From Alphaproteobacteria bacterium (GTDB taxonomy: Bacteria; Pseudomonadota; Alphaproteobacteria; UBA828): 64,000 nucleotides of DNA. Position numbers and translations under genes: made by a program. Location of the stretch: NCBI GenBank assembly GCA_965214705.1, contig OZ243972.1:2976001-3040000 (forward strand), in the 5' to 3' direction. Below, piece after piece: positions 10,721-20,934 of this stretch; the first letter of the stretch is position 1, and each line of letters opens with the position of its first letter. Below the pieces are notes generated by a model. The model searched no databases. It saw only the letters and a program-made list of their open reading frames with translations, and was not told where the DNA came from.

Positions 10721-11563
10721 TCAGATGAGCTCGATGTGCCTCGCCTGAGGGCCGCGCGTTCCCTGCTCTACCATGACGCTCACCCGCTCGCCCGGCTCAA
10801 GCGCGCCCAGGCCGGCCCGGTTGAGCACGCTCCCGTGCAGGAACACGTCAGGCCCGCCGTCGTCCGGAACCACGAAACCGTAGCCCTTGGCGGCGTTGTA
10901 GAACTTGACCAGACCGGAACGCTCCTCGGCCGGTCCGGCCGGCTGGTCGCGGTCCCACCCTCGCCCACGCCGGTCGCGGTACGGCTCGTCGCGGCCCGCA
11001 GGTTGGGCCATGGCGGTCGAGGCATCGACGTCGACGATGGACGAAACCATCGGACCCTGCCGGCCTTCCGTCACCTCGCAGGTCACGGTCGCGCCTTCCG
11101 GGAGCGTGTCGTACCCGGCGTCCCGGATCGCCGAGGCATGGCAGAACACATCGGGCGAACCGTCGTCGGGAACCAGAAACCCGAAACCCTTCGACGGAAC
11201 GAACCACTTGACCATGGCCACGACGCGGCGGCCGGAAGCCGGACCCCGCTCGCCGTGCAGATGTCCGTAATCGCCGCGCGGCGGCCCGCCGCTCCCCGTC
11301 GGGCTCGCGGTCGCGGTCGACGTATCGACGGCATGAATCTGCCAGACCTGCAGACCCTGACGGCCCTGCTCGACTTCACAGGTGACGGTCGCGCCCTCCG
11401 GAAGAGTGTCCCAGCCTGCCCGCGACAGCGCCGAGATATGGCAGAACACATCGGGCGAGCCGTCGACGGGCGTCAGGAAGCCGAACCCCTTCACCGGATT
11501 GAACCACTTTACCGTCGCAACGACGGTGGCGTCGGGCGCCGATCCTGAACCGCCTTCCAGCAT
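10721..11563 (-). CDS. protein with three cold-shock domains
   Basis: Three copies of VKWF/VKFY..KG(F/Y)GF..DVF(C/L)H; start uncertain. Confidence 0.88.
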   Translation of the reverse strand: MLEGGSGSAPDATVVATVKWFNPVKGFGFLTPVDGSPDVFCHISALSRAGWDTLPEGATVTCEVEQGRQGLQVWQIHAVDTSTATASPTGSGGPPRGDYGHLHGERGPASGRRVVAMVKWFVPSKGFGFLVPDDGSPDVFCHASAIRDAGYDTLPEGATVTCEVTEGRQGPMVSSIVDVDASTAMAQPAGRDEPYRDRRGRGWDRDQPAGPAEERSGLVKFYNAAKGYGFVVPDDGGPDVFLHGSVLNRAGLGALEPGERVSVMVEQGTRGPQARHIELI

Positions 11564-11911
11564 TCCGAACGACCTGCCTTGTGTGAGCTGCCTGGGCCAA
11601 CCCGCCGCCGGGCAACCCGAATGACTGCGGCGGGATGGTCTCCGCCGCAGGGCCGTCATCATAGCCACGGACGGGACGCGGTGACAGACCGGCGGACGCC
11701 TCGTAAGCGGCCCCGGCCGTCCCCCGGATGACGAAACGGGCGGTGTCCGTCACTCCCACCCGCCTCCGCCCCGCCGCCTCCCCGTCGTTCTTCCGCCGCC
11801 ACACGCTTCTGCGCCGCTGCGAGCGAGAGGCCGGCCGTGACGCGGGCGGTGGGGGCGGCGCTGCGGAGCGGGTCCCCGCCGTCGGCACATCAGACGAAGG
11901 GGAGGCAGGCC

Positions 11912-12238
11912 ATGCAGATTCGCCGGCCGTCGTATCGCAACGCGCACACGTTCCTGGTCCACGTCTTCGGGCGGGGGCTCGACGGGGAGCGCTACGTGGT
12001 AGAGAAGTACCGCTCCCGGCCCGACGGGCAGATCCACCCGGTCGAGGCCGAGCAGCCGAAGGCAAAGAAGGGCGGACGCAGGCCGCGCCGCACGATCGTG
12101 AGCGCAGACGCCGTCAGGAAGTTGCGGCCCGAGCGCGACGAGATCATCGTCTGCACCGCGCTCGATCTCAAGGCGTCGGGCGTGCAGATTTGGGGGATTT
12201 CCGCGAGCGGGTTGAGCGCCATGCGCCACGCGCGCTGA
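11912..12238 (+). CDS. hypothetical protein
   Basis: GGGGAGG RBS, ATG at 11912, operon-like spacing to the next gene. Confidence 0.55.
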   Translation: MQIRRPSYRNAHTFLVHVFGRGLDGERYVVEKYRSRPDGQIHPVEAEQPKAKKGGRRPRRTIVSADAVRKLRPERDEIIVCTALDLKASGVQIWGISASGLSAMRHAR

Positions 12239-12253
12239 CCGGGGTGGCCGGTC

Positions 12254-13063
12254 ATGCCGCTCAAGGACCCGGTGAAGAAGAAGGCGCGGGATCGCCGCCT
12301 CCGCCAGCGCCACGCCGCGCGCACCGCCAGCGGCCGTTGCACTCGCTGCGGCCGGCTTCCTCCCGAGCCCGGTCGCAAAGTGTGTACAGGCTGTGCCGAG
12401 AAGCGCCGCGCCGCCGAGCGCGCCCGCCGGGCGAAGGCCCGCGGCGAGGGCCAGCAATATGGCGGCCGCGATCCGGAGCGCTGCCGCAGAGCCGACCGCG
12501 CCGGCGACAGGCGCCGCCGCCGGGCGCGTCAGGAGGCGGGACTCTGCACGTCCTGCGGCCTCCGCCGGCCGGAAGACAAGCGCTCCGTCTGCGAGCCGTG
12601 CCGCGAGGCAAGGCGCGCACGCGACCGCCGGCGTTATGACGCGCGGCGCGCCGCCGGCAGTTGCGTGCGCTGCAACCAGCCCACGGTAGGGGGCCTGTCG
12701 CGCTGCGGCCGCTGCCTCGCGCTGGAGAAGGAACGCGTCTCACCCGAGCGCGAGAGCGCCGCCGGGAAGCGGCGCTATGCCGCGAGGCGCGCGCAGGGCG
12801 CGTGTGTGGATTGTGGGGTCCGCACCGGTGGCACGGCCCGCTGTGAGCGCTGCGCATATCGGTCCAATTCCCGCGCGCCAGAGCGTCACCTGGCGGCGCT
12901 CTGGCCGCCGCAGATCACCGTGATCGAATTGGAGACGGGCGACGAGCTGGGCGTCTTCGAGACCGAATCCGAGGCCGCCGCCTGCATCGCCTTCGCCCGT
13001 CTGCGCCCCGAGCAAGTCGAGATCCGCTCCAACGTTCCCTTGATGGCTCTATCGCCGTCATGA
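12254..13063 (+). CDS. Cys/Arg-rich protein with four CxxC..CxxC modules
   Basis: GRCTRCG..VCTGC, GLCTSCG..VCEPC, GSCVRCN..RCGRC, GACVDCG..RCERC separated by Arg-rich stretches. Confidence 0.7.
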   Translation: MPLKDPVKKKARDRRLRQRHAARTASGRCTRCGRLPPEPGRKVCTGCAEKRRAAERARRAKARGEGQQYGGRDPERCRRADRAGDRRRRRARQEAGLCTSCGLRRPEDKRSVCEPCREARRARDRRRYDARRAAGSCVRCNQPTVGGLSRCGRCLALEKERVSPERESAAGKRRYAARRAQGACVDCGVRTGGTARCERCAYRSNSRAPERHLAALWPPQITVIELETGDELGVFETESEAAACIAFARLRPEQVEIRSNVPLMALSPS

Positions 13064-13306
13064 GCGCGGACCCGCCGCGGGCGTTCCGAAGGTGAGCCCG
13101 CTCCCGTCAATCGCGATCTCGAGTCGGCACCACGGCAATCACCGGCCGTGCGATTCGCGAGGCCTCGTGAACCCGGCGGGCCTCGGAGCAGGCCGCAGGC
13201 GAGAGTGAAGTGAGGCTTGGAGAAGGTGAGCAGGGCGGGGCCGAGGAGAGGCTCCAGCCCGCTCGTCAACCTTCGTCATCAACTCGAATCGCAAGGAGAC
13301 ACGATC

Positions 13307-13753
13307 ATGGCGTTCGGACTCAACTCCGCTCAGATCATCGGCCGGCTGGGCGCCGATGCGACCATCAGCAACCTCGCCTCCGGCGGGCGCGTCGCCAATA
13401 TGTCGGTGGCGACCGACGAATCCTATATCGACAGGCAATCCGGCGAGCGGGTGGATCGGACCGAGTGGCACCGGGTCGTCAGCTTCCAGAGCGGGCTGAT
13501 CGACATGCTGGAGAAGCACGCGAAGAAGGGCCGGTTGGTCTACGTCGCGGGCAAGCTGCAGACCAGGAAGTGGCGCAAGGACGGCGAGGACAGCGACCGG
13601 TTCTCCACCGAGATCCTGCTCGTTCCCGGTGGCCGCGTGCAGTTCCTCGATCGGCCTGCCGGCACCAATGGCAACGGCGCTGCGGCGTCCGACGGTGAGG
13701 CTGCGGCGCCCGCATCGGCCGACGCTCAGTCAGATACGCATATCCCATTCTGA
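13307..13753 (+). CDS. ssb: single-stranded DNA-binding protein
   Basis: AAGGAG RBS; IIGRLGAD, TEWHRVV, GKLQTRKW, C-terminal IPF. Confidence 0.95.
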   Translation: MAFGLNSAQIIGRLGADATISNLASGGRVANMSVATDESYIDRQSGERVDRTEWHRVVSFQSGLIDMLEKHAKKGRLVYVAGKLQTRKWRKDGEDSDRFSTEILLVPGGRVQFLDRPAGTNGNGAAASDGEAAAPASADAQSDTHIPF

Positions 13754-13795
13754 GCCTGTCCCCGCAGCGGGCCTTCCCCGCCCGCTCGCCCCAGA

Positions 13796-13833
13796 GCCCG
13801 CCCCGCGTTCCTCCCGCGCGGGGCGGGTTTTTT
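13796..13833 (+). terminator. intrinsic terminator
   Basis: GCCCGCCCCGCG / CGCGGGGCGGGT stem followed by a T run, downstream of ssb. Confidence 0.7.
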
Positions 13834-14038
13834 CGTGCAGCCCGATCCGAGTCCCTCACGGGCAGGACGGCGCGCCGTGCGCTTCGCGCGGCGCCTGCCG
13901 TCCCGGCGCCGGCGAGAGGCCGGTCGAGGCCGGGACCGGGGCGCGTCCCACGCAGCGTCCGGAGAGGTCTCTCATGCGCCCCGTCCCCGCTCACAGGTCC
14001 GGCTCCGACGGTCCCCTTTCCGGCCCGAGATGTGCATC

Positions 14039-15031
14039 GTGAGCGCCGCCGCTCGCGTCGCGGCCGCCCTCGGCGCACGCGCCGAGGAGGTGTGCCGCCG
14101 CTACCTGCCCCAGGGCCGCAAGCAGGGCCGATACTGGACCGCCGGCGACGTCTACGGCGCGCGCGGGCGGTCGCTCTTCGTCCGCCTGGCGCCCCCCGGC
14201 GTCCCGGGGAAGTGGACCGACGCAAGCAGCGGTGAGCACGGCGACCTGCTCGACCTCATTCGCATCTCTTCAGGCGCGGGCTCGCTCCGCGCGGCCCTTG
14301 CCGAGGCGTACGCCTTCCTCGCGTCGCCGCCCATGCCGTCCTCCGCCGTTCGCGAAGACTACGACCGCACCGAGGCGGCCCGTCGTCTCTGGCGGCGCTG
14401 CCGGGCCATCGACGGCACCCATGCCGAGGCCTACCTCGAGGCGCGCGGTATTGAGCGCTGCCGCTTCGCGGCCCTGCGCTTCCATCCCGGCCTCTTCTGC
14501 CGCGACGACGGCGGCGTGCGCCGCCTGCCGGCCCTGGTCGCGGCCGTCACCGGCTCCGATGAAGTCGTCTGCGGCGTGCTGCGAACGTGGTTGCACCCGA
14601 CCAGGCCCGCCAAGGCGAACGTGAACCGCCCGCGCAAGGCGCTGGGCCGCGTCCACGGCCATGCCGTCCGCTTCGGCGCTCCCGGCGCCGGCACGCTGCT
14701 GGTCGGCGAGGGCATCGAGACCGTGCTGTCCATCGTCACGGCCATCCCCGACACCGTCGCCGCCGCAGCGCTGTCCGCCGGCAGCCTCGGCGCATTCGCG
14801 CCGCCTGCCGGCGTCACGCGGCTGGTGATCGCGCGCGACAACGACCCCGAGGGAGAGCGTGCCGCCGAGCGCCTCGCCCGGCGCTGCGCACGCGCGAGGG
14901 TCGCCGCACTGGTCGTCGCGCCCGAGCGCGACGACTTCAACAGCGATCTCGTCGCCCTCGGCGCGCCGGCGCTTCGCGCCAGCCTCGCGCCGATCTTCCA
15001 CCGCCGGGTCAGCGCCGGGGACCGGTGGTGA
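14039..15031 (+). CDS. TOPRIM-domain primase-like protein typical of alphaproteobacterial plasmids/ICEs
   Basis: AEEVCRRYLPQGR..YW.AGD; VGEGIET, IARDND, DDFN. Confidence 0.8.
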   Translation: MSAAARVAAALGARAEEVCRRYLPQGRKQGRYWTAGDVYGARGRSLFVRLAPPGVPGKWTDASSGEHGDLLDLIRISSGAGSLRAALAEAYAFLASPPMPSSAVREDYDRTEAARRLWRRCRAIDGTHAEAYLEARGIERCRFAALRFHPGLFCRDDGGVRRLPALVAAVTGSDEVVCGVLRTWLHPTRPAKANVNRPRKALGRVHGHAVRFGAPGAGTLLVGEGIETVLSIVTAIPDTVAAAALSAGSLGAFAPPAGVTRLVIARDNDPEGERAAERLARRCARARVAALVVAPERDDFNSDLVALGAPALRASLAPIFHRRVSAGDRW

Positions 15032-15129
15032 CGATCGCCCGGCCAGAGACGGAGAAGAGCAGGCGCCGGGCGAGCGGCGCAGAGAGGGAGAGAGGTTTCT
15101 CCCCGCCGCCATCACGCCAGGAGCGCAGC

Positions 15130-15363
15130 ATGAGCAGCACCATCACCTTCACGCGCGTCGCCGACGACGAGGCTCGCATCCTCGACGCCGACGGCGGCCA
15201 CGTCGGCGATCTCTTCCGTCATCCCGACATCCTTCATCCGGGTTCGTCCTACTTCGTGATCCATCTCGACGAAGATCCCCGCGGCCCGGTGCGTGTGCAC
15301 GACCGCTCGCGCATTCGCGAGGTGGCCGAGCAGCGTATCCGCTCACACCCACTCTGGTCGTGA
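15130..15363 (+). CDS. hypothetical protein
   Basis: AGGAG RBS; 77-aa protein-like ORF. Confidence 0.6.
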   Translation: MSSTITFTRVADDEARILDADGGHVGDLFRHPDILHPGSSYFVIHLDEDPRGPVRVHDRSRIREVAEQRIRSHPLWS

Positions 15364-15415
15364 TGCCGGCAGGCACAACAGAAACGGGGACCGTGCGTGG
15401 GGAGAGAATAGCCAC

Positions 15416-18006
15416 GTAGAGTAGGACGCGAGCGCCTGGTGATCCTCACGCACCACAGGTTTCTCGCGCCCTCTCTCAGAACCGGGCGTGCACCTTTCGT
15501 TATGCACCCGGCTCGCCAAAGGCTTTCGTGAAGGCAGGAGTTTTCATCCAATTGAGCTTGAACTGCATGACCGGAATCCGGCCCATTTGGTACAGCTCAG
15601 TGTCGCCATCGGCCCAGACCCGAGCGCCGGGATACTGCCGGCTCGGCCTCGACCAAGAAGCGTACACCCGTCGCGGGGAGGCGCCGTCGTGCTTACCCCG
15701 CATCCACAGCCAGAGCCGTCGCCACACATACCAGTCCAGACTGGACAGGATGCGCTTGGCCCCGATGCAGTGGCGGTAGTAGTGGCCCCACCCCCGGAGG
15801 ATTGGATTGATTTCCTGGAGCACGCTTCTCAGCGAGCGCGTCCGCGTCCGCTGATTCAGCACTTGCTTGATCCGCCGGCAGAAGTCACTGATCGCCTCCT
15901 TCGGGATTTCGACCCGGCACATGTAGCCGTCATGGTCGTCCCCTTTGAGACGAACCCGGCATCCGAGGAACCGGAATCCTTCCGTCAGTCTGGTGATCCG
16001 CGTCTTCTCCTCCGATAGCGTCAGCCCCATCTCCTCGCGCAGCCAGTCCGCGAGCGCCTGCTTCTCAGCAGCCGCATCGTCGTAACCGCCCGCCACGAAG
16101 ATCAGGAAGTCGTCGGCATATCGGACCGGGTAGAAGACCGTTCGCCCGGCCTCCCTGTCCCGAAATCGCCGTGTCGCGGCCATCCGCCTTCCGTCAGTCC
16201 GGATATTGGGATCATGCGGGTGCCTCACCCACCACCAGTACCGCTCCTCGATCGCGCTCAGCGCGATGTTGGCCAGCAGGGGAGACAGGACACCCCCTTG
16301 AGGCGTGCCGGTGGTTGTCGGATTGTAGTTGACGTCCTCCAATACCCCGGCTTTGAGGAACCGCACGATCAGCCTGTTGACCTTCCGGTCCGCGACGGAT
16401 TTCCGTACGCGCTCCATCAGGTAGTGATGGCCGATGTTGTCGAAGCAGCCCTCGATGTCGCCTTCAATCACCCATTGATAGGGAGGGTCGCGAAGCTTCC
16501 CATCGGTTCTCGACTTGTGAGTCCGAGTGGTCAGCCGGATATGTTCGAGTGCGCCATGGCAGCCCCGTCCGGGCCTGAACCCGTAGGAGACCTGCCAGAA
16601 ACGCGCCTCGAAAATTGGCTCCAGGATGTTCTTGACCGCGCATTGCACCACGCGGTCAGCAACGGTGGGGATACCAAGGGGTCGGAACTTCCCCGGCTTG
16701 CCCGGCTTCGGAATCCACTTCCGCCGGGCGGGCGACGGTCGGTAGCTGCCATCGCGCAGCGCCTCCCGAAGCTCGTCCAGAAAGAGCGGTACACCTCCAT
16801 CGCCAGCGGCAATGCTCGCCACCGTCAGCCCGTCGACGCCCGGCGTTCGTCTGCCCTTGTTCTGGGCAATCGAGTGCCATGCACAGCGAAGATTGCGCGG
16901 ATCGGTTACCCAGTTCCACACATCGCCGTAAGCGCCTTCAGGCGTCTCCTTACTCCACCGATACAACTTCCGCTGCACGTTGAGGAGCCAGGCCATGTCG
17001 GCCTGATTATCCGAGTCCACGGATAGTTCCTCCGTCAGTCGATAGCCGATCCACCTTCTGCCCCCCTTCGCCATGTATGCGGCTTTCCCGCACTCCGACT
17101 ACTACGAGGGCTCCGCCCCCATGCGGCCCGTCTCCGTTCTCCGCGGCTAGCCCGGTTCCGTGCCGGGCGAACAGCATGGGTTCCTGTGTTCCGATGACAA
17201 ACCTGAGACCCTTAGGCGGCACGCTATACCCCTTGCAGCTCTGGGGTTCGGGATAGAAGGGTTGACCCGTACCCGGGTGCGTTCAACACACCCGCCAGTC
17301 GGCAGACGGAAGACCAACCGGCTCTCACCGCGCTCCCTCCGCCCCGTCGGGCCATTGAGGGTTGGGCATCTAAATAAAGAGGCTTCCGTCACGTGCTTCG
17401 TTCAACCTCGCCATAGGTCCTGTGGTAGCCCGGCCCGCGAGCGACGGCCCGCACCCGGTACAGTTCAGATCGCAGCTCTTTCGCCCCACCGTCGGAAACC
17501 GGCGGAGCTTAGCGATCCCCTTCCGCCCAACACCCCTCGTCAGGCAGGGTGGCGTTTCAGCCACCGGTCGATCATCAGCACTACCAAGTGTTTGGTTTAC
17601 TTCATGCTTTCCTCCTACTTGGTATTCACAGCGCACCCCGTCGTGATGTCCGAGGATGTCACGCGTGCTCATTCCAGCAACCCTGCGGGTCCTCCGGTCG
17701 CTCCGCTCCCTGCGGCCTGGCCCAAGATGCTCTAAGGCGGGCCGTGAACGTCGCCGACCGTGAAGTTGGCTTGCCAGAACTCTCCAACGCCGAGCGTGTG
17801 GCGCACCGGCCCCTTGCGCGGGGCCGGCGCGTCGGCCTGGCGCTAGCAGTTCTCGAGAAGGCCTACTCGAAACGCGGCCAGTCACCGAGGCGGCGCGCCG
17901 GGCCTCCCAGGATCGAAGAACGCCAACTTCCGCACCAACATCGGCGACGTTCCGCACCAACTCCCGCCTAAGACCATCTAGGGCCAGGTGCTTCCACTGC
18001 GCGCGC
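15416..18006 (-). mobile_element. group II intron (5' boundary uncertain, about 17957-18006)
   Basis: Domain V GAGCCGGGTGCATAACGAAAGGTGCACGCCCGGTTC and domain VI ending CCTACTCTAC at 15416; RT ORF; long structured 5' region. Confidence 0.85.
15500..17074 (-). CDS. ltrA: group II intron reverse transcriptase/maturase, no endonuclease domain
   Basis: TPGVDG, RPLGIP, SYGFRPGR, GTPQGG, RYADD, NPILRGW; start may be GTG near 17020. Confidence 0.93.
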   Translation of the reverse strand: MAKGGRRWIGYRLTEELSVDSDNQADMAWLLNVQRKLYRWSKETPEGAYGDVWNWVTDPRNLRCAWHSIAQNKGRRTPGVDGLTVASIAAGDGGVPLFLDELREALRDGSYRPSPARRKWIPKPGKPGKFRPLGIPTVADRVVQCAVKNILEPIFEARFWQVSYGFRPGRGCHGALEHIRLTTRTHKSRTDGKLRDPPYQWVIEGDIEGCFDNIGHHYLMERVRKSVADRKVNRLIVRFLKAGVLEDVNYNPTTTGTPQGGVLSPLLANIALSAIEERYWWWVRHPHDPNIRTDGRRMAATRRFRDREAGRTVFYPVRYADDFLIFVAGGYDDAAAEKQALADWLREEMGLTLSEEKTRITRLTEGFRFLGCRVRLKGDDHDGYMCRVEIPKEAISDFCRRIKQVLNQRTRTRSLRSVLQEINPILRGWGHYYRHCIGAKRILSSLDWYVWRRLWLWMRGKHDGASPRRVYASWSRPSRQYPGARVWADGDTELYQMGRIPVMQFKLNWMKTPAFTKAFGEPGA

Positions 18007-18352
18007 GTGAAGAGAAACGACATCACGAAGGGGCACTGGGCCCCGGAGGATGAACAAGGGAGGTCGACATGATCGACACCACAAGCGCTACCCCGACCGC
18101 GTCAGCAACCGCTGCCGTCTGCGACAGCATGGCCCTCTACGGCGCAAGCCCCGAGCGCGGAGAGCTCGACAGCCGCGTCGTCTGGGACGAGGACGACGCC
18201 ATGGATGCACTGGGCGAAGCCATCCGCGTCATCGTCGACGGCATCACCGTAGACGGCACTCAGTAAGCGGTATCGGGCCCCCATACTTCCAGCGGATCTG
18301 ATTTCGGGGCTGACTCTCCGCCTTGACCACGAGCCACACAGGAGAGATCGCG

Positions 18353-18778
18353 ATGACAGATTCGATTTTGGCATCTGGCGACGGTGTCGCTGTTGCTTCG
18401 GTTGAGATCCCAGCTTCTGAGGGAGCCGCCCCGGCTCCGTCTGAGCCGGCCCCCATGCGACGCTGGCCGGACGATGAGAAGGCGCGGATTGTCTCGGAGA
18501 GCTTTGAGCCGGGCTCTTCGGTTGCGGCGGTCGCGCGCCGCCATGGCGTCAGCGATACGACCCTGACCAAGTGGCGGCGGCGCGCGCGGGAGGGAACTCT
18601 TCCGGGCGCTCGGATTGGTGGCTCTGCACCGCCATTTGTTCCCGTGGTGGTTGATAGCGTGACGTCCGAGCGGACGGTGGCGATCGAGGCGCTAGGCGTG
18701 GTCGTTCGCCTTCCGGTGGAGAGCGCGGTCGATCGGATTGTTGCGGTGGCCTCGGGCCTGGGCCGGGCGTCGTCATGA
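18353..18778 (+). CDS. tnpA: IS66 accessory protein TnpA (HTH)
   Basis: RRWPDDEKARIVSES..SVAAVARRHG. Confidence 0.85.
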   Translation: MTDSILASGDGVAVASVEIPASEGAAPAPSEPAPMRRWPDDEKARIVSESFEPGSSVAAVARRHGVSDTTLTKWRRRAREGTLPGARIGGSAPPFVPVVVDSVTSERTVAIEALGVVVRLPVESAVDRIVAVASGLGRASS

Positions 18779-19125
18779 TCGCGGCCCCCTCGCTTCGCAT
18801 CGTGTTGGCGACGCGGCCGGTTGATTTTCGTCGCGGCCACGACGCGCTTGCGGCGACGGCGGCGGGGGAGCTGGACCTCGATATCTATTCCGGGGTGATC
18901 GTGATCTTCCGCTCGCGCCGCGGCGACAGGCTCAAGCTCCTTGCGTGGGACGGCAGCGGTCTGGTGATGACCTACAAGCGTCTGGAGCAGGGCCGCTTCG
19001 CCTGGCCTCGGATCGAGGATGGTGTGATGCGCCTTACGAAGGGCCAGTTCGAGGCCCTCTTCGAGGGTCTGGACTGGCGCCGGGTGAAGGCCCGCCCGGT
19101 TCGCCGCCCGCTGGCGGCGGAGTGA
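18775..19125 (+). CDS. tnpB: IS66 accessory protein TnpB
   Basis: PVDFRRG..DRLKLLAWDGSG..KRLE.GRF.WP. Confidence 0.92.
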   Translation: MIAAPSLRIVLATRPVDFRRGHDALAATAAGELDLDIYSGVIVIFRSRRGDRLKLLAWDGSGLVMTYKRLEQGRFAWPRIEDGVMRLTKGQFEALFEGLDWRRVKARPVRRPLAAE

Positions 19126-19218
19126 GGCGGCACGCAGGCGGGGCCGCAGATTTCGGTCGCGGTCCCGCCTGCACTTTTCCCTGGTCATGCATTGGCGAAT
19201 CGGATTAAGGGGTGGCCC

Positions 19219-20934
19219 ATGCCGAAGGTCACGCCCTCACCCCTCAGCAGCGCCGGTTCGCCGTCGCCTGCGGTGGTTTCGGCGGCGCTGGCGGCCCTGC
19301 ATGCGGAGCTTGACGACGAGCGCGCGGCGCGCCGGGCGACGGAAGCAGCCCTATGCGAAGCGGAGCAGGCACGCGGCGCGGCGGAGGCGGCGAGGCAGAC
19401 GGCGGAAGCGCGGGCGGCACGGCTGGAGGCCGAGAACGCGCAGAGCGCGGAGCAGATCAGCCGGCTTGAGCATCTCAACAAGGAGCTCAGGAAGGCGCTG
19501 TTCGGTCCGCGCTCCGAGAAGCTCGGCGAGGACGAGCGCCAGCTTACGTTCGAGGAGTTTTGGGCGGCGATCGCTGAAGCCGGCGGTCGGCCCGAGGCAG
19601 ATGACCAGGAGCAGGACGAGGGGGCTGGCGGCAAGCGCCGGCGGCGCTCTTCCCGGGGGTCGCGCAGCGGGGTGCGCTTCGGGCCCCAGGTCGACCGGCG
19701 CGAGGAGGTGATCGAGCCGGACACGATCATGTGCCCCTGCGGCTGCGGCGAGATGACGAAGATCGGCGAGGACCGCAGCGAGCGGCTGGACTATGAGCCG
19801 GCGAAGTTCACCGTCATCGAGACCGTGCGCCCCCGCTACGCCTGCAACAAGTGCAAGGGGGGCGGGGTGGTGCAGTCGCCGGCGCCGGCCGCTCTGGTCG
19901 AGGGCGGCCTTCCCACCGAGGCTCTTCTGGCGCAGGTGCTGATCGCGAAGTACGGCGATCATTGCCCGCTCTATCGCCAGTCGCAGATCTACGAGCGCTC
20001 GGGGATCGAGGTTCACCGTGCGACGCTGGCGACGTGGGTGGGCCAGGCGTCGTTTCACCTGCGCCCCGTGGTCGCTTGCCTGGAGGATGAGCTGAAGAAG
20101 TCGGATCACCTGGGTCTGGACGAGACCACGATCCGCGTTCTCGACCCGGGCCGGGGCAAGACGAAGACGGGCTACATGTGGACCCTTGTGCGTGACGAGC
20201 GCCACTGGAGCGGCACGGACCCGCCGGGCGTCGTCTATCGCTATGCGCCCGGCCGCGGCGGCAAGTATGGCGCCGAGCTTATGGAGGGCTTTTCGGGGAC
20301 GGTGCAGCTCGACGGCTACTCGGGCCACAACATCCTGGCGCGGCCGGACCGGGCGGAAGGCCCTGTGACGCGGGCCCTCTGTTGGGCGCATGTAAGACGG
20401 AAGCTGAAAGAGGTATACGACTCGAGCGCATCGCCGATCGCGCTGGCCGGTCTGAATCGGATCGCGAAGCTCTATGCGATCGAGAAGAAGATCCGGGGCA
20501 AGCCGCCGGCGGAGCGCCGCGCGATCCGTTGGGAGGAGTCGGCGCCGATCGTGAACACCTTCGGTGTCTGGCTCGACGAGCAGCGCTCGCGCGTCTCACC
20601 GCGCTCGCGTCTCGGCGAGAAGCTGACCTATATCGCCAACCAGTGGGACGGGCTGCTGGAGTTCCTGCACGACGGTCGTGTCGAGATCGACTCGAACCTG
20701 GTGGAAAACCGAATCCGGCCGCTGAAGCTCACCGCCAAGAACGCGCTCTTCGCCGGCAACGACGAGGGTGCGCAAGCCTGGGCCCGCATCGCCTCGCTGA
20801 TCGAGACCTGCAAGATGAACGGCGTCGAGCCCTACGCCTGGATGCGGAGCACGCTCGAGAAGATCGCCAAGGGCCACCCGCAGTCGGGCATCCAGGAGCT
20901 TCTGCCGTGGAACTTCCAGCCCGAGGCAAAATGA
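19219..20934 (+). CDS. tnpC: IS66 transposase TnpC
   Basis: FGPRSEK, zinc ribbon, PLYRQ, DET, CWAHVRRK, IDSN..E..IRP, LLPW. Confidence 0.93.
   Translation: MPKVTPSPLSSAGSPSPAVVSAALAALHAELDDERAARRATEAALCEAEQARGAAEAARQTAEARAARLEAENAQSAEQISRLEHLNKELRKALFGPRSEKLGEDERQLTFEEFWAAIAEAGGRPEADDQEQDEGAGGKRRRRSSRGSRSGVRFGPQVDRREEVIEPDTIMCPCGCGEMTKIGEDRSERLDYEPAKFTVIETVRPRYACNKCKGGGVVQSPAPAALVEGGLPTEALLAQVLIAKYGDHCPLYRQSQIYERSGIEVHRATLATWVGQASFHLRPVVACLEDELKKSDHLGLDETTIRVLDPGRGKTKTGYMWTLVRDERHWSGTDPPGVVYRYAPGRGGKYGAELMEGFSGTVQLDGYSGHNILARPDRAEGPVTRALCWAHVRRKLKEVYDSSASPIALAGLNRIAKLYAIEKKIRGKPPAERRAIRWEESAPIVNTFGVWLDEQRSRVSPRSRLGEKLTYIANQWDGLLEFLHDGRVEIDSNLVENRIRPLKLTAKNALFAGNDEGAQAWARIASLIETCKMNGVEPYAWMRSTLEKIAKGHPQSGIQELLPWNFQPEAK

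Noticed and set aside
15500-17074. Retron, DGR or defence-type RT
   Set aside because: Group II intron RT motifs, maturase domain and domains V/VI are present; no template/variable repeat pair seen
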